Source: Candidatus Sulfomarinibacteraceae bacterium (GTDB lineage: Bacteria > Acidobacteriota > Thermoanaerobaculia > Thermoanaerobaculales > Sulfomarinibacteraceae). From it: a DNA stretch of 64,000 bases. The notes beneath the pieces were generated by a model, which did no database searches, was not told where the DNA came from, and saw only the letters and a program-made list of their open reading frames with translations. The stretch covers positions 1,263,026 to 1,327,025 of the forward strand of contig CAWCLO010000001.1 in assembly GCA_963796455.1 (NCBI GenBank), written 5' to 3'. This document shows positions 1 to 9,636 of this stretch, piece by piece. Positions within the stretch are counted from its first letter, which is position 1. Every line of letters begins with the position of its first letter. Both the position numbers and the translations under genes were made by a program.

Positions 1-594
1 CTGAACAGCGGCAGATCCACCGTCAACGGCAGTGTCCAGATCGGCGAAGGCTGCGTTGTTCGCGGCGATTGCCGCACCGTCAACGGACGGGTCCTTGTCG
101 GTTCCGGATCGGAGGTCGGCGGTCTGCAGACCGTCAATGGCAGCATCAAGATTTCAAGCGAAGTGACGATCGACGGGTCGGTCGGGACCGTCAACGGTTC
201 AATCCAGATCGCAGAGGACGTTTCGATCCTGGGTGAGGTCGGGACCGTCAACGGATCGATCGAATGTCTGAACGGTTCCGAAATCAACGATGACATCTCG
301 TCCGTCAACGGCTCCATCACCCTCGTGCAAACGGTCGTTTCCGGCGATCTGGTCACGAGCAACGGATCCATCTTGCTCCGCGAAGGATCAAGGGTTGTCG
401 AGGACATCAGGATCCGCGGCAAGGCAAAGGGCGGGCTCGGCAACAAAACCCTCGAAATCACTATCGCAGAAGGGTCCGTCGTGGAGGGCGACATCGTCGT
501 CCAGGACGACAAACGGAAAGTGACGGTCATCCTGTCTGACGGCGGTCTCGTCGAGGGAGAGATCGTGAACGCCGAGGTCATCACAAGATCCTGA
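1..594 (+). CDS. 5'-truncated beta-repeat protein (DUF4097/adhesin-like, repeated TVNGSI motifs)
   Basis: Frame 1 is open from base 1 (LNSGRSTVNGSVQIGEG...) into the 163..594 ORF. There are at least 7 (T/S)(V/S)NG(S/R)(I/V) repeats at ~17-aa spacing. Confidence 0.65.
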   Translation: MNSGRSTVNGSVQIGEGCVVRGDCRTVNGRVLVGSGSEVGGLQTVNGSIKISSEVTIDGSVGTVNGSIQIAEDVSILGEVGTVNGSIECLNGSEINDDISSVNGSITLVQTVVSGDLVTSNGSILLREGSRVVEDIRIRGKAKGGLGNKTLEITIAEGSVVEGDIVVQDDKRKVTVILSDGGLVEGEIVNAEVITRS

Positions 595-611
595 CAAGCA
601 GACGTCAGCGT

Positions 612-650
612 TTGACAGACTCGACCTCTCGGTAATACTCTGTAACACTC
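612..650 (+). promoter_or_regulatory. Putative sigma70 promoter with overlapping direct-repeat operator
   Basis: TTGACA at 612-617 and AATACT at 634-639 (16-bp spacer). Direct repeats GTAATACTC (632-640) and GTAACACTC (642-650) lie upstream of the RHH gene. Confidence 0.55.
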
Positions 651-686
651 ACCCGAGAGATCACCGAGGAACCGAGGAGTCAAACC

Positions 687-956
687 ATGGCCACGCACAG
701 CGGAAAACAACAGATCATTACCTTCAAGGCCGAAGACGCGCTGGTCGAGGCGATGCAGGACATCCCCAACCGATCCGAGTTCATCCGCTCCGCCATCCTC
801 GCGGCGCTCGACGGCGCCTGCCCCATCTGCCACGGCACCGGCGTACTCAACGCGAATCAACAACGCCACTGGCAGGAGTTCAGCCGCACCCACCAGATGC
901 AACCGTGTGAAGATTGCGACGAGGGCCGGTTGGTGTGCGTCGCGGTCCACGAATGA
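687..956 (+). CDS. Ribbon-helix-helix (CopG/NikR-like) regulator with C-terminal Cys/His metal-binding domain
   Basis: N-terminal beta strand IITFK followed by NRSEFIRSAI (RHH signature), then CPICHGTG, RHW, THQ, CEDC and C. GAGGAG RBS. First gene of the metal ABC operon. Confidence 0.75.
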   Translation: MATHSGKQQIITFKAEDALVEAMQDIPNRSEFIRSAILAALDGACPICHGTGVLNANQQRHWQEFSRTHQMQPCEDCDEGRLVCVAVHE

Positions 957-966
957 AGAATTCCAG

Positions 967-1830
967 GTGAAGCCCTTTTTCCTCTTCACCCTGCTGGTGG
1001 TGGCGGCAACCCTCCCGGTCGGTGCAGCCGAGCCCCCGCTCGTGGTTGTCAGCATTCCGCCACAGCAGTGGTTGGTCGAGCGCCTCGCTCGAGAGCAGAT
1101 CGACGTCAGGGTCCTGCTGCCACCGGGTTCTTCGCCGGCAACCTATGATCCTTCGCCGCGACAGCTCACCACCCTGACCGATTCGGCGCTCTTTCTCACC
1201 ATCGGGGTCCCTTTTGAAGGGGCCGTCGTGCCGACGATCTCCGATCTGATGCCCGAAGTCTCGATTGTTGATACGGGTGTGGGGGTCCACCGAAGGTCGA
1301 TGACCGAAGGTCACGACCATGAACACCACAGTTTGGGAGATCCCCATATCTGGCTCGATCCGGTTCGGATGAAGATCATCGCGGCGACAACTGCGGAGGC
1401 TCTGAAGGGCGTTCTGCCATCGAGCCACGCCGCGATCGATTCGCGACTCCAGGCCCTTCATCAAGAGCTCGATTCCATCGATCGACGGGTGGCGGAGATC
1501 CTCCAGCCCGTCAAAGGGCGTGAGATCCTCGTATTTCACCCCGCCTACGGGTATTTCACGGATCGATACCAACTCATCCAGGTGGCGATCGAGGTCGAAG
1601 GCAAGTCGCCGACCGGTCGTCATTTGGCTTCGATCATCGACCGATTCGGCGGACGGAAGGCTCCGGCAGTCTTTGTCCAGCCCCAGTTCTCCGCCGCCTC
1701 CGCACAGCGCGTGGCAGACGCTCTCGGTTGCGCCGTGGTCAAACTCGATCCGCTGGCCTCCGACTACACGGACAACCTCGAAATCATGGCGACTCTGATC
1801 GCCACCGAACTCGGAGATCGAGATGACTGA
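967..1830 (+). CDS. znuA: Zn/Mn ABC transporter substrate-binding protein
   Basis: GTG start at 967 gives a signal peptide. VVSIPPQ, LLPPGSSP, His-rich loop GHDHEHH followed by DPHIWLDP, and FHPAYGYF are cluster A-I SBP motifs. Confidence 0.85.
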   Translation: MKPFFLFTLLVVAATLPVGAAEPPLVVVSIPPQQWLVERLAREQIDVRVLLPPGSSPATYDPSPRQLTTLTDSALFLTIGVPFEGAVVPTISDLMPEVSIVDTGVGVHRRSMTEGHDHEHHSLGDPHIWLDPVRMKIIAATTAEALKGVLPSSHAAIDSRLQALHQELDSIDRRVAEILQPVKGREILVFHPAYGYFTDRYQLIQVAIEVEGKSPTGRHLASIIDRFGGRKAPAVFVQPQFSAASAQRVADALGCAVVKLDPLASDYTDNLEIMATLIATELGDRDD

Positions 1831-2584
1831 ATCATCCACTCCACAACCGGTCATCGAGATCCGGGATCTCGGCTTCCAGTTCGAAAACGGGCCACCGGTG
1901 CTCCAAAAGGTCAATCTGGAAGTAGTTGAAGGCGATTTCGCCAGCGTCATCGGACCCAACGGAGGCGGCAAAACTACCCTCGTCAAAATCATCGTTGGGC
2001 TCTTGAAACCGACCACAGGCAGCGTCCGGATCTTTGGTCAGGCACCGACGAAAATCCGTCGCCGGGTCGGCTATATGCCACAGCACGCGATGATGGACCC
2101 ACGCTTCCCGGTGCGCGCCCAGGAGGTCGTCATGATGGGCAGGCTCGGTCAGGGGCCGCGTTTCGGCGGCTACCTGCGATCGGATCGGGCGGCGGCGACG
2201 GCGGCCCTCGATGAAGTCGGTCTTGGCGATCTGGGGTCGCGGCCATTCTCAGAGCTTTCCGGGGGGCAACGACAGCGGGTGCTGCTCGCCCGCGCGCTCG
2301 TCACCGATCCCGATCTGCTGCTCCTCGACGAGCCCGCAGCAGGTCTCGATCAGAGGGTCGAGCGCGATTTCTTCGATCTCCTGCGCGAACTCAACAAAAA
2401 ACTCACAATTGTCCTCGTCTCACACGATCTGGGGTTCGTCGCGAGCTTTGTGCGCACCGTGATCTGCGTCCACGGCACGGTCGATATCCACCCCACGAGC
2501 GCCCTTGACGGAACCCGTATTTCGGAGGTCTATGGCGGCGACGTGCGAATGGTTCATCACCACCACCATGGCGGGAAGCCCTGA
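1823..2584 (+). CDS. znuC: Metal ABC transporter ATP-binding protein
   Basis: Walker A GPNGGGKTT, LSGGQRQR signature, LLLLDEP Walker B, SHD motif, C-terminal HHHHH. Confidence 0.9.
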   Translation: MTESSTPQPVIEIRDLGFQFENGPPVLQKVNLEVVEGDFASVIGPNGGGKTTLVKIIVGLLKPTTGSVRIFGQAPTKIRRRVGYMPQHAMMDPRFPVRAQEVVMMGRLGQGPRFGGYLRSDRAAATAALDEVGLGDLGSRPFSELSGGQRQRVLLARALVTDPDLLLLDEPAAGLDQRVERDFFDLLRELNKKLTIVLVSHDLGFVASFVRTVICVHGTVDIHPTSALDGTRISEVYGGDVRMVHHHHHGGKP

Positions 2585-3426
2585 TGGAATTTCTCTCTGC
2601 CGTCCTCGAGTATTCCTTCCTCCGCAACGCCGTCGTCGCCGGCGTTCTGGCCGGCATCGCCTGTGGGGTCGTCGGTTCCTATGTCGTCGTCCGACGCATC
2701 AGCTACATCGCCGGCGCCATCGCCCACTGTGTCCTCGCCGGACTCGGAATCGCCCGGTATCTTCAGGTCGTCCACGGTTGGTCGCTGCAGCCGCAGCACG
2801 GCGCCACGATCGCGGCGATTGCCGCCGCCCTGCTGATCGGTCTGGTGAGCCTGCGGGCCCGCGAACGCGAAGACACCATTATCGGAGCCGTGTGGGCGAT
2901 CGGAATGGCGGTCGGCATCCTCTTCATCGCGATGACGCCTGGTTACCACGAAGACCTGATGAGCTACCTGTTTGGCAATATCCTGCTGATCGGCACCGGA
3001 GACCTGTGGACGATGGCTCTCCTCGATGTGCTCGTGGTCGCCCTCGGCCTCGGACTCTACCCTCAGCTCGAATCGGTCTGTTTCGATGAAGAATTCGCCC
3101 GCCTCCGAGGCCTCCACGTGGAGCTCTACGTATTGCTTCTGATGGTTCTGACGGCCCTGACCGTCGTGCTGCTGGTCAGCGTCGTCGGTATCGTGCTCGT
3201 GATCGCGCTTCTGACCCTTCCTGCTGCGATCGCGGGGCAATTCACCAATACCCTACGCGGCACGATGGCCCTCGCCACTCTGCTCACCATCGCCTTCACG
3301 ACGCTCGGCCTCGGTGTCAGCTTCGGACCCGATCTGCCCGCCGGAGCGACCACCATCGTGATCGCCGGTGCGGCATATCTCGGCGTGTTGCTGTTCAAGG
3401 CAACGATCAACAGATTTCGCGCGTAG
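2584..3426 (+). CDS. znuB: Metal ABC transporter permease
   Basis: Multi-TM protein with GSYVVVRR, AIAH and YLFGNIL motifs; overlaps the ATPase stop codon. Confidence 0.88.
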   Translation: MEFLSAVLEYSFLRNAVVAGVLAGIACGVVGSYVVVRRISYIAGAIAHCVLAGLGIARYLQVVHGWSLQPQHGATIAAIAAALLIGLVSLRAREREDTIIGAVWAIGMAVGILFIAMTPGYHEDLMSYLFGNILLIGTGDLWTMALLDVLVVALGLGLYPQLESVCFDEEFARLRGLHVELYVLLLMVLTALTVVLLVSVVGIVLVIALLTLPAAIAGQFTNTLRGTMALATLLTIAFTTLGLGVSFGPDLPAGATTIVIAGAAYLGVLLFKATINRFRA

Positions 3427-3445
3427 ACCGCCCGGAGATCGCTCG

Positions 3446-3487
3446 CTCGATACTCGATACTCGATACTCGATGCTGGATGCTGGATG
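3446..3487. repeat. Drifting heptamer tandem repeat (CTCGATA)3-CTCGATG-(CTGGATG)2
   Basis: Six consecutive 7-bp units read directly; CTGGATG units recur at ~5762-5778. Confidence 0.85.
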
Positions 3488-3580
3488 TGCTGGATTCCCA
3501 AACCCCATGGCTGAGGTGCAGAGGAGAAAGGGAGAACCGCCCGGCACTGGTTTCGCCTGTGTACCCTTGTCGCCTCCCGA

Positions 3581-3759
3581 TGTCATCCTGAGCGCAGGCC
3601 ACGACCCGGATGCTCATTGGACGCGTATGTCTCCTCAAGATGTCATCCTGAGCGGAGCCCGCCCTGGGGCGTAGTCGAAGGATCTATGAGATGGACTGAA
3701 ACGCCCGTGAACCGCAGATCCTTCGACTCGGCCGTCGGACGGCCTCCCTCAGGATGACA
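3581..3759. repeat. REP-like palindromic element (TGTCATCCTGAGCG...GAAGGATCT / AGATCCTTCG...CTCAGGATGACA)
   Basis: TGTCATCCTGAGCG at 3581 and 3641, GTCGAAGGATCT ending at 3685, and an inverted copy at 3716-3759. Confidence 0.8.
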
Positions 3760-4055
3760 TCTTGAACGATCGTTCCGGTCCCGATCCCGTTCCCGATCCC
3801 GTATGGGGCTGACCGTACCCCAGGGTTGAGGAAGCGTTCGCTATCGCTATCGCTATCGGAATCGCTATCGAACGGCTGCTATGGATACCGACCTCGTAAG
3901 AGAGACTGGGCCTCACCGGTTCCGTCGATAATGATAAGGGCCGAGCCTCCTCTGCTCCTCCGCCAATTGTCAAAACCCTGTCAATATCCTGATAACCGGA
4001 CTCAAATCGCTATAATGTCCGCCGGCGACCGTGGACGGTCGTCAAGGAGTCAGAT

Positions 4056-5183
4056 ATGAAAAGAACACACGTCATTTTTTCGACGCTCGTCATGTGCCTT
4101 GCCCTCGTTGCGGCCGCGCCGGTCGATGCCCAGGAGGAGCGGTGCTGCTTCAACAATTTTCGTTTTGCCGGTGGCTGTATGGTCATCCCACAGGGTTCTA
4201 CTACATGTGCCGACATATTGGGCGCACTCAACAACTTCAACAGTGTGGGGAACACCTACTGCGACGGCACGACTGTACGCGGCGGTTGGTCGATGAGCGA
4301 TTGCGGCAACCCCGCCCAAATCAATCAAAGTCCGGTTGTTCCGCAAACCGCCCAACCGTCGCAACCGATAAGGCCGAAGCAGAATACCGGTAGGGCTACC
4401 AGCCCCCAGACCGCGCCCGCCGCCCAGGATGCGAATCTGCTTCAGGTCTCCGCGCCCCTCAAGGTTCAGTTTGACGGCAGCGTCGACAGCGACAGCAACG
4501 CCGCGGGCCACATGGTCACCGGCACCCTCCAGGAGGACTTGATGTCCGGCGACACCGTAGTCGCTCCGGCCGGCAGCCAGGTCCATGCCCGCCTCGTTCC
4601 CACGAGTTACTGGACCGACGGCGGAGGGGATGCCTTCGAGATCCAGGCAACCGGGATCGAGGTTGATGGCAAAATGATCCCGGTCTCCGCAACAGCGGTC
4701 GGCGCAACCGGAGAGATCGACACCATGGGACGCGACATCAACGTGCCAAAGGGCTCCATGGTGAGCTTCGAGGCCCAATCACCCGATCAACAGAAGGCAG
4801 ACAAGATGGCCATCCAGGGTGGCAGCCTCACCTGGGCAAAAGCTTTTGATTCCATGGATATCGATGGGGTCACGTCAGTCTATACCCACGACGCGGTTCT
4901 GCTGCCGCCCAACGAACCGGCTGTCTTCGGGATCGACGCCATCCGAGCGACGACGATGGAGATGATGAATGCCGGACTCACCGTCGAGCTCGAAGGTCTC
5001 GAGCTGAATATCCAGGGAGCCCTCGGCTACATGGCCGGTCGTTATCGCATGCGCAACGCCGACGGCGATCTCGTGGATCGCGGCAAGTACATCGAGATCT
5101 GGAGCAAGGTGGATGGCGAATGGAAGATTCACCGCGATATCTGGAACTCGAGCTTGCCTTCGAGTGAAGATCACGAAGACTGA
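4056..5183 (+). CDS. Secreted multidomain protein: six-Cys domain, Pro/Gln linker, beta domain and C-terminal SnoaL/DUF4440 (NTF2-like) domain
   Basis: Signal peptide ending VDA-Q; CCF..C..C..YC..RGGW..C domain; C-terminus YTHDAVLLPPNEP...GKYIEIWSKVDGEWKIHRDIWNS is typical of DUF4440. AAGGAG RBS and TATAAT at 4011. Confidence 0.7.
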   Translation: MKRTHVIFSTLVMCLALVAAAPVDAQEERCCFNNFRFAGGCMVIPQGSTTCADILGALNNFNSVGNTYCDGTTVRGGWSMSDCGNPAQINQSPVVPQTAQPSQPIRPKQNTGRATSPQTAPAAQDANLLQVSAPLKVQFDGSVDSDSNAAGHMVTGTLQEDLMSGDTVVAPAGSQVHARLVPTSYWTDGGGDAFEIQATGIEVDGKMIPVSATAVGATGEIDTMGRDINVPKGSMVSFEAQSPDQQKADKMAIQGGSLTWAKAFDSMDIDGVTSVYTHDAVLLPPNEPAVFGIDAIRATTMEMMNAGLTVELEGLELNIQGALGYMAGRYRMRNADGDLVDRGKYIEIWSKVDGEWKIHRDIWNSSLPSSEDHED

Positions 5184-5208
5184 TCCACCCCTGTTTTCGC
5201 TTTTCAAG

Positions 5209-5231
5209 AGGGGCCTTCGGGCCCCTTTTTT
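5209..5231 (+). terminator. Rho-independent terminator
   Basis: Hairpin AGGGGCC-TTCG-GGCCCCT followed by a T run, 25 bp after the stop codon. Confidence 0.85.
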
Positions 5232-5337
5232 GATGCAAGATCACTGCTGTCCAAAACAGATCGTCACCCGAATTTACCCACCTGACAACACGTGGTTTAC
5301 GGGTTGGTTTTTGGAATATCCGGTTCGCGGTTGGCAC

Positions 5338-5778
5338 GTACCCGATCCCGATCCCGAGTTGCAGCGGCAGCGACAGTGTCCAGCGTCAGCGAACAGGGAC
5401 AGGGACAGGGACGGCGACAGGGAACAGCGATCAGTGTTCAGCGACGGAGCGCAGCGGCAGCAGTCTGGAGTTCAGGCGACGCAGTGGCCACCTCCGGGTC
5501 GTTCAACAGAAGCGGTAGCCGGTGGGCGGCCGGGATGAGGCCAGTGAAGCGATGAACGCTTTCGATCAGGTCCGTGCCATGACCTGGAGGCTGTTGAACC
5601 CGACAGAGTGAGTGCTGTTGGCTGTCGCTGTCCCGGCCGCTGATCGCTGACGCTGTCGCTGAACACTGCCGCTGGCGACTGTTCGCTGACTGCTGAACGC
5701 TGTTCCCTGTCGCCGTCCCTGATCGCTGTCCGAGACACTGTCTTGAGCAAGAGTGATTCAAGATGCTGGATGCTGGAT
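5338..5778. repeat. Mosaic inverted-repeat element built from short CAGCG/GACAG blocks
   Basis: Perfect 24-bp inverted repeat at 5406-5429 / 5698-5721, further inverted blocks at 5432-5445 / 5655-5668 and 5386-5397 / 5679-5690. The left arm is homologous to ~19985-20115. Confidence 0.75.
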
Positions 5779-5946
5779 CCGCCCACCCACCCCTTTTTTG
5801 ATCGCAGAGTTGCCATCCAACAGCGTGCCGGTATGTGACCATCCGCTGTTCACGCTGTCTCAATAATTAGCACGCGCCGCCGGTCGGCTACAATGTGGCG
5901 AGTTCATTCGACCAGGATCGCGAAACGCATCGTGAGGGGGCAAAAC

Positions 5947-7395
5947 ATGATGACCAAGGCCAAACGCACGAACTGGATCAGAGCGGCCGGAACCGGTCTG
6001 CTGTTTCTCGCCGCGTGCACCATGAACCCCGCCACCGGCGAACGGCAGCTGACCCTCATGAGTGAATCGCAGGAGATCGCGATGGGCGCCCAGACCCATC
6101 CCGAAGTCCTGAATGCATTCGGAGCCTACGACGACCCCGAGTTGCAGCGCTTTATCCAGGAACTCGGCACGAGAATCGCCGCCAACTCCGAACGCCCGAA
6201 TCTCGATTGGACCTTTACCGTACTCGACGACCCAGTGGTCAATGCGATGGCCCTTCCCGGCGGCTTCATCTACGTCAACCGCGGCATCCTCGCGCACTTC
6301 AACTCGGAGGCCGAACTGGCCTCGGTGATCGGCCACGAGATCGGTCATGTGACCGCAAAACACTCGGTGGAACAGATGAGCCGTGCCCAACTCGCCCAGA
6401 TCGGGCTCGGGGTCGCCGCCGTCGCTTCAGAAGACTTTCGCCGCTACGCCGGACTCGCAAGTCAGGGCATCCAGGTTCTTTTTCTCAAATTCGGCCGCGA
6501 CGACGAAAACCAATCGGATGAACTGGGGCTTCGCTACATGACCAAGGCGGGGTACGACCCGCACGAAATGCCCAAAGTGTTCGCCACTTTGGATCGCGTC
6601 AGCCAGGCTCACGGTCTGCGCTCCACTCCGGAGTGGCTTTCCACTCACCCCAACCCCGGGAATCGAATTGAAAACATCGATGCCCGGATCGCGAGGCTGC
6701 CCCCGGATGCCCTGCAGGGCACGGTCGGACGCGAGTCATACCTCGACAGGTTGCAGGGGATGGTCTTTGGTGAAGATCCAAGGCAGGGCTACACCATCGG
6801 GCAGACCTACTACCACCCGGTTCTGGCCTTCAAGATCGCTTTTCCGGACGAATGGCGGATCATCAATCAGAGATCTGCCGTTGGCGCCCTGAGCCCGAAA
6901 CAGGATGCTGCGGTTGTTCTCACTTTGTCGGACAAAGCCAGTCCTCAGGCCGCATTTGACGCCTTCTTCGGTCAGCAGGGTATCCAAAAGGGCCCCAACC
7001 GAGGACGCAACATCTATGCTTTCCGGGCGTTTGACACCCAGACCGGCGCCGGGACCGCCGAAGGCCTGATCGGTTTTCTCAATCACGACGGCCGGGTCTA
7101 TCAGCTGATGGGATACACAGGTCTCGAGACCTGGGACACTTACGGCCGCGCGATGCAGTCGTCCCTGGCCAGCTTCGCCAACGTCACGCAACGAAAATAC
7201 CTGGATGTGGACCCGAAAACAGTCTCGATCATCACCGTGCCGCGCAGAATGTCCTTCGCCGAGTTCAGCGAGCGCTATCCGTCAAATATCGAGGCTGCTC
7301 AGCTGGCGTTGATCAACGGCGTGGCCGAAGACGGCGTGCTCGAAAAGGGTGCATTGATGAAAAGGATTGTCGGCGGCGAACTTCCCGAGAGGTGA
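5947..7395 (+). CDS. M48 family Zn metalloprotease lipoprotein (BepA/YfgC-like)
   Basis: Lipobox LAAC, NAMALPGG, HEIGH zincin motif, E..SD and LSTHP motifs. Confidence 0.88.
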   Translation: MMTKAKRTNWIRAAGTGLLFLAACTMNPATGERQLTLMSESQEIAMGAQTHPEVLNAFGAYDDPELQRFIQELGTRIAANSERPNLDWTFTVLDDPVVNAMALPGGFIYVNRGILAHFNSEAELASVIGHEIGHVTAKHSVEQMSRAQLAQIGLGVAAVASEDFRRYAGLASQGIQVLFLKFGRDDENQSDELGLRYMTKAGYDPHEMPKVFATLDRVSQAHGLRSTPEWLSTHPNPGNRIENIDARIARLPPDALQGTVGRESYLDRLQGMVFGEDPRQGYTIGQTYYHPVLAFKIAFPDEWRIINQRSAVGALSPKQDAAVVLTLSDKASPQAAFDAFFGQQGIQKGPNRGRNIYAFRAFDTQTGAGTAEGLIGFLNHDGRVYQLMGYTGLETWDTYGRAMQSSLASFANVTQRKYLDVDPKTVSIITVPRRMSFAEFSERYPSNIEAAQLALINGVAEDGVLEKGALMKRIVGGELPER

Positions 7396-7453
7396 GGGGA
7401 TTAGGGTTTAGGGTTCGGCGCACTCATCCCAGGAGAGCACTTTTCTCTAGACC

Positions 7454-8269
7454 CTAAAGCGGCTTCCTCAGCACCCACAGGTAGGTTGGGAAAGCCCAGT
7501 AGGCCATTTCCAATACGGCCAGCGCGGCGCGCTGTCGAACCGAACCCGGCTCGACCATATCGGTGGCTTCGAAGCGCTCGGGATCGCGCACCACCCGCTG
7601 GGTAAAATCCAAAACCTCGAAATTTTGGACCAGGCTCCGTAAGCCCCAGACGGTCAGATGGGTCTCGTAGCGGTCACGGCCGCGGCCGGCGATGCGGAGG
7701 CTCAGGTCGGCCAGGGGTTTTGGCAGGACCGTGATCAACGGAAGATTCGAGTGGCCGTCCCACAGTCGCAGGCGGTTTTCGGCTGCGAAATAACACAGCC
7801 CTCCCGGCCGCAACACACGGTTGATCTCCCGAATCATGATTTCCGCATCCGGTACGTGTTCGTAAATGTGGGTGCAGGTCACGATGTCGAAATCACCGTC
7901 CGGAAATGGCAGCTCCATCGAGTCGCCGACCCGGTATTCGATGTTCTCCGCCGCCCGATTCCGGCGCGCCCATTCAATGGCGCCGTCGTCGATGTCGATC
8001 CCCACCACCTTCGTAAAGAAACCGCCGTAGTGGAGAGTTAGGATTCCCGTCGAACAGCCGATATCGAGGACACGAGCCGCGGCCGGATCCAGACCGGTCG
8101 CGCGCGAGGCCTCGAGCAACACCGCCACCGTCTTCCGCGCTTTGTGAAGCCGCCCCACCTCGTCAAACATCGTTTCGGGGTGTATATCCGAAAAATCCCG
8201 TTGGTACTCGAGGCCACGGGCGGGCTCTTCAGACGATGGTTTTCCGGTCTCTCCCATTTGGGACATCAT
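7454..8269 (-). CDS. Class I SAM-dependent methyltransferase
   Basis: VLDIGCSTG motif I, GIDID, LPFPDGDFDIV and RVLRPGG; exact start uncertain. Confidence 0.85.
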   Translation of the reverse strand: MMSQMGETGKPSSEEPARGLEYQRDFSDIHPETMFDEVGRLHKARKTVAVLLEASRATGLDPAAARVLDIGCSTGILTLHYGGFFTKVVGIDIDDGAIEWARRNRAAENIEYRVGDSMELPFPDGDFDIVTCTHIYEHVPDAEIMIREINRVLRPGGLCYFAAENRLRLWDGHSNLPLITVLPKPLADLSLRIAGRGRDRYETHLTVWGLRSLVQNFEVLDFTQRVVRDPERFEATDMVEPGSVRQRAALAVLEMAYWAFPTYLWVLRKPL

Positions 8270-8325
8270 AACCCCAGGAACGTCGACCGTAGTCACTCAA
8301 TTTCGTGACCTGAGAGATCGCTAGC

Positions 8326-9636
8326 TCAGCTCGGCTTGCGGGGAGTGGCGAGTTGGTTGACCAGTTCGAGAAAAGTGGTATTGCCCACCGCATCAAAGCC
8401 GGCTTCCCTGAAGGACGAGACGATCTCCTCGGTCTTGATCTCGATCGGTCGCTGCCGCATCTGCTCGTCACCCATCGGGATGAACGCCGCGATCACATCC
8501 GAAACCCGTACCGCATCGAGCGATCTCGCCGGGACCACGCCTTCAGCGCCCGAACCAATGGCCACCCTTCGCGCGAGACCGGCCTTGACCAGGCGATCGA
8601 TATGACTGTCCACCGAGCCGGTTGCAACCAGGAATCGGCGCGACAGCCTGTCCGCCGTTGGCGGTTCCTTGCCCAGATGAAATCTCTGAGCGATCAACGT
8701 GAAGATCTGAAGACCGGTGGGCACACGGTCGCAATCGTCCCGATCCCCAACCGACCGGCTGCGGATGAGGGCAGCGAAGTGTTGATGGGTAAACGAGATC
8801 TCGAGACCGAGGAGGACGATGATCCAGGTGATGTACAGCCAGACCAAAAAGATCGGGATCACGGCCAGCGAGCCGTAGATGGTCGAATAACGCACGGATT
8901 GACCGACCCAATTGGCAAAGAGGTTCTTCCCGAGTTCGAAGAACACGCTGCCGATCGCCGCACCGACCACCGCACTCTTGAGCTGAACCCTCGTGAACGG
9001 GATGACGAGATACATCAGCAAAAACGCAAAAAACGTCAACGCCAGCGGGAAGAACCACGTGCCGATTTTTTCCAGCGTCCCCGGGTCGAAAGGCACGTCA
9101 CTCAAGATGGCGGCCTTGATTCGAGCCGAGAAGGTCAGACTGGCACCGAGCAGCAAAGTGCCAAAAACCAGAACCGAGGTATAGGAGGTGATCTTGGCGA
9201 TGATCTTGCGGTGGGTCGTGACATGCCAGATGTTGTTGAAGTTGGACTCGATGTTGTCGAGAAGCAGAATCGAGGCCAGAATCAGCGCCAGAAAACCGAT
9301 CAGGCCGAGGCTCCTGGCCCCGTCGGCGAACTGGTTGAAATAGGCGATGATTTCACTCTGACTGGTGGGCAGAAACTGATCGAAGAGGAATTCCTGAGCC
9401 TTGGTTTTGACCTCGTCGAAGGCACCAAAGGCCGAAAATATGGCAAAGGCGACGGCCACCAATGGGACGGCGGCGAGCAACGATGAATAGGCGAGACCGG
9501 ACGCCCGAATCACAATCTTGTCGCGATTGAACTGTCCCAGTGTCGCCTGAACAAACTGAATCACTCGAACGGAAGCCTGCTCCCACCTGGGCAGGTCACT
9601 CAGATCGAGGCGGTTGAGATGGTCAATAACTCGCAA
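8326..9636 (-). CDS. YihY/BrkB family inner-membrane protein with C-terminal wHTH-like extension
   Basis: ASGLAYSSLLAAVP, FNNIW and YSTIYGSLAVIPIFLVWLY motifs plus multiple TM segments. Confidence 0.85.
   Translation of the reverse strand: MRVIDHLNRLDLSDLPRWEQASVRVIQFVQATLGQFNRDKIVIRASGLAYSSLLAAVPLVAVAFAIFSAFGAFDEVKTKAQEFLFDQFLPTSQSEIIAYFNQFADGARSLGLIGFLALILASILLLDNIESNFNNIWHVTTHRKIIAKITSYTSVLVFGTLLLGASLTFSARIKAAILSDVPFDPGTLEKIGTWFFPLALTFFAFLLMYLVIPFTRVQLKSAVVGAAIGSVFFELGKNLFANWVGQSVRYSTIYGSLAVIPIFLVWLYITWIIVLLGLEISFTHQHFAALIRSRSVGDRDDCDRVPTGLQIFTLIAQRFHLGKEPPTADRLSRRFLVATGSVDSHIDRLVKAGLARRVAIGSGAEGVVPARSLDAVRVSDVIAAFIPMGDEQMRQRPIEIKTEEIVSSFREAGFDAVGNTTFLELVNQLATPRKPS

Noticed and set aside
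5338..5778. Possible CRISPR array
   Set aside because: No constant-length direct repeats with unique spacers; the blocks are short, inverted and irregular, and there are no cas genes.
7400..7415. TTTAGGG telomere-like repeat
   Set aside because: Only about two units in a bacterial intergenic spacer; it fits the local heptamer-repeat tendency.
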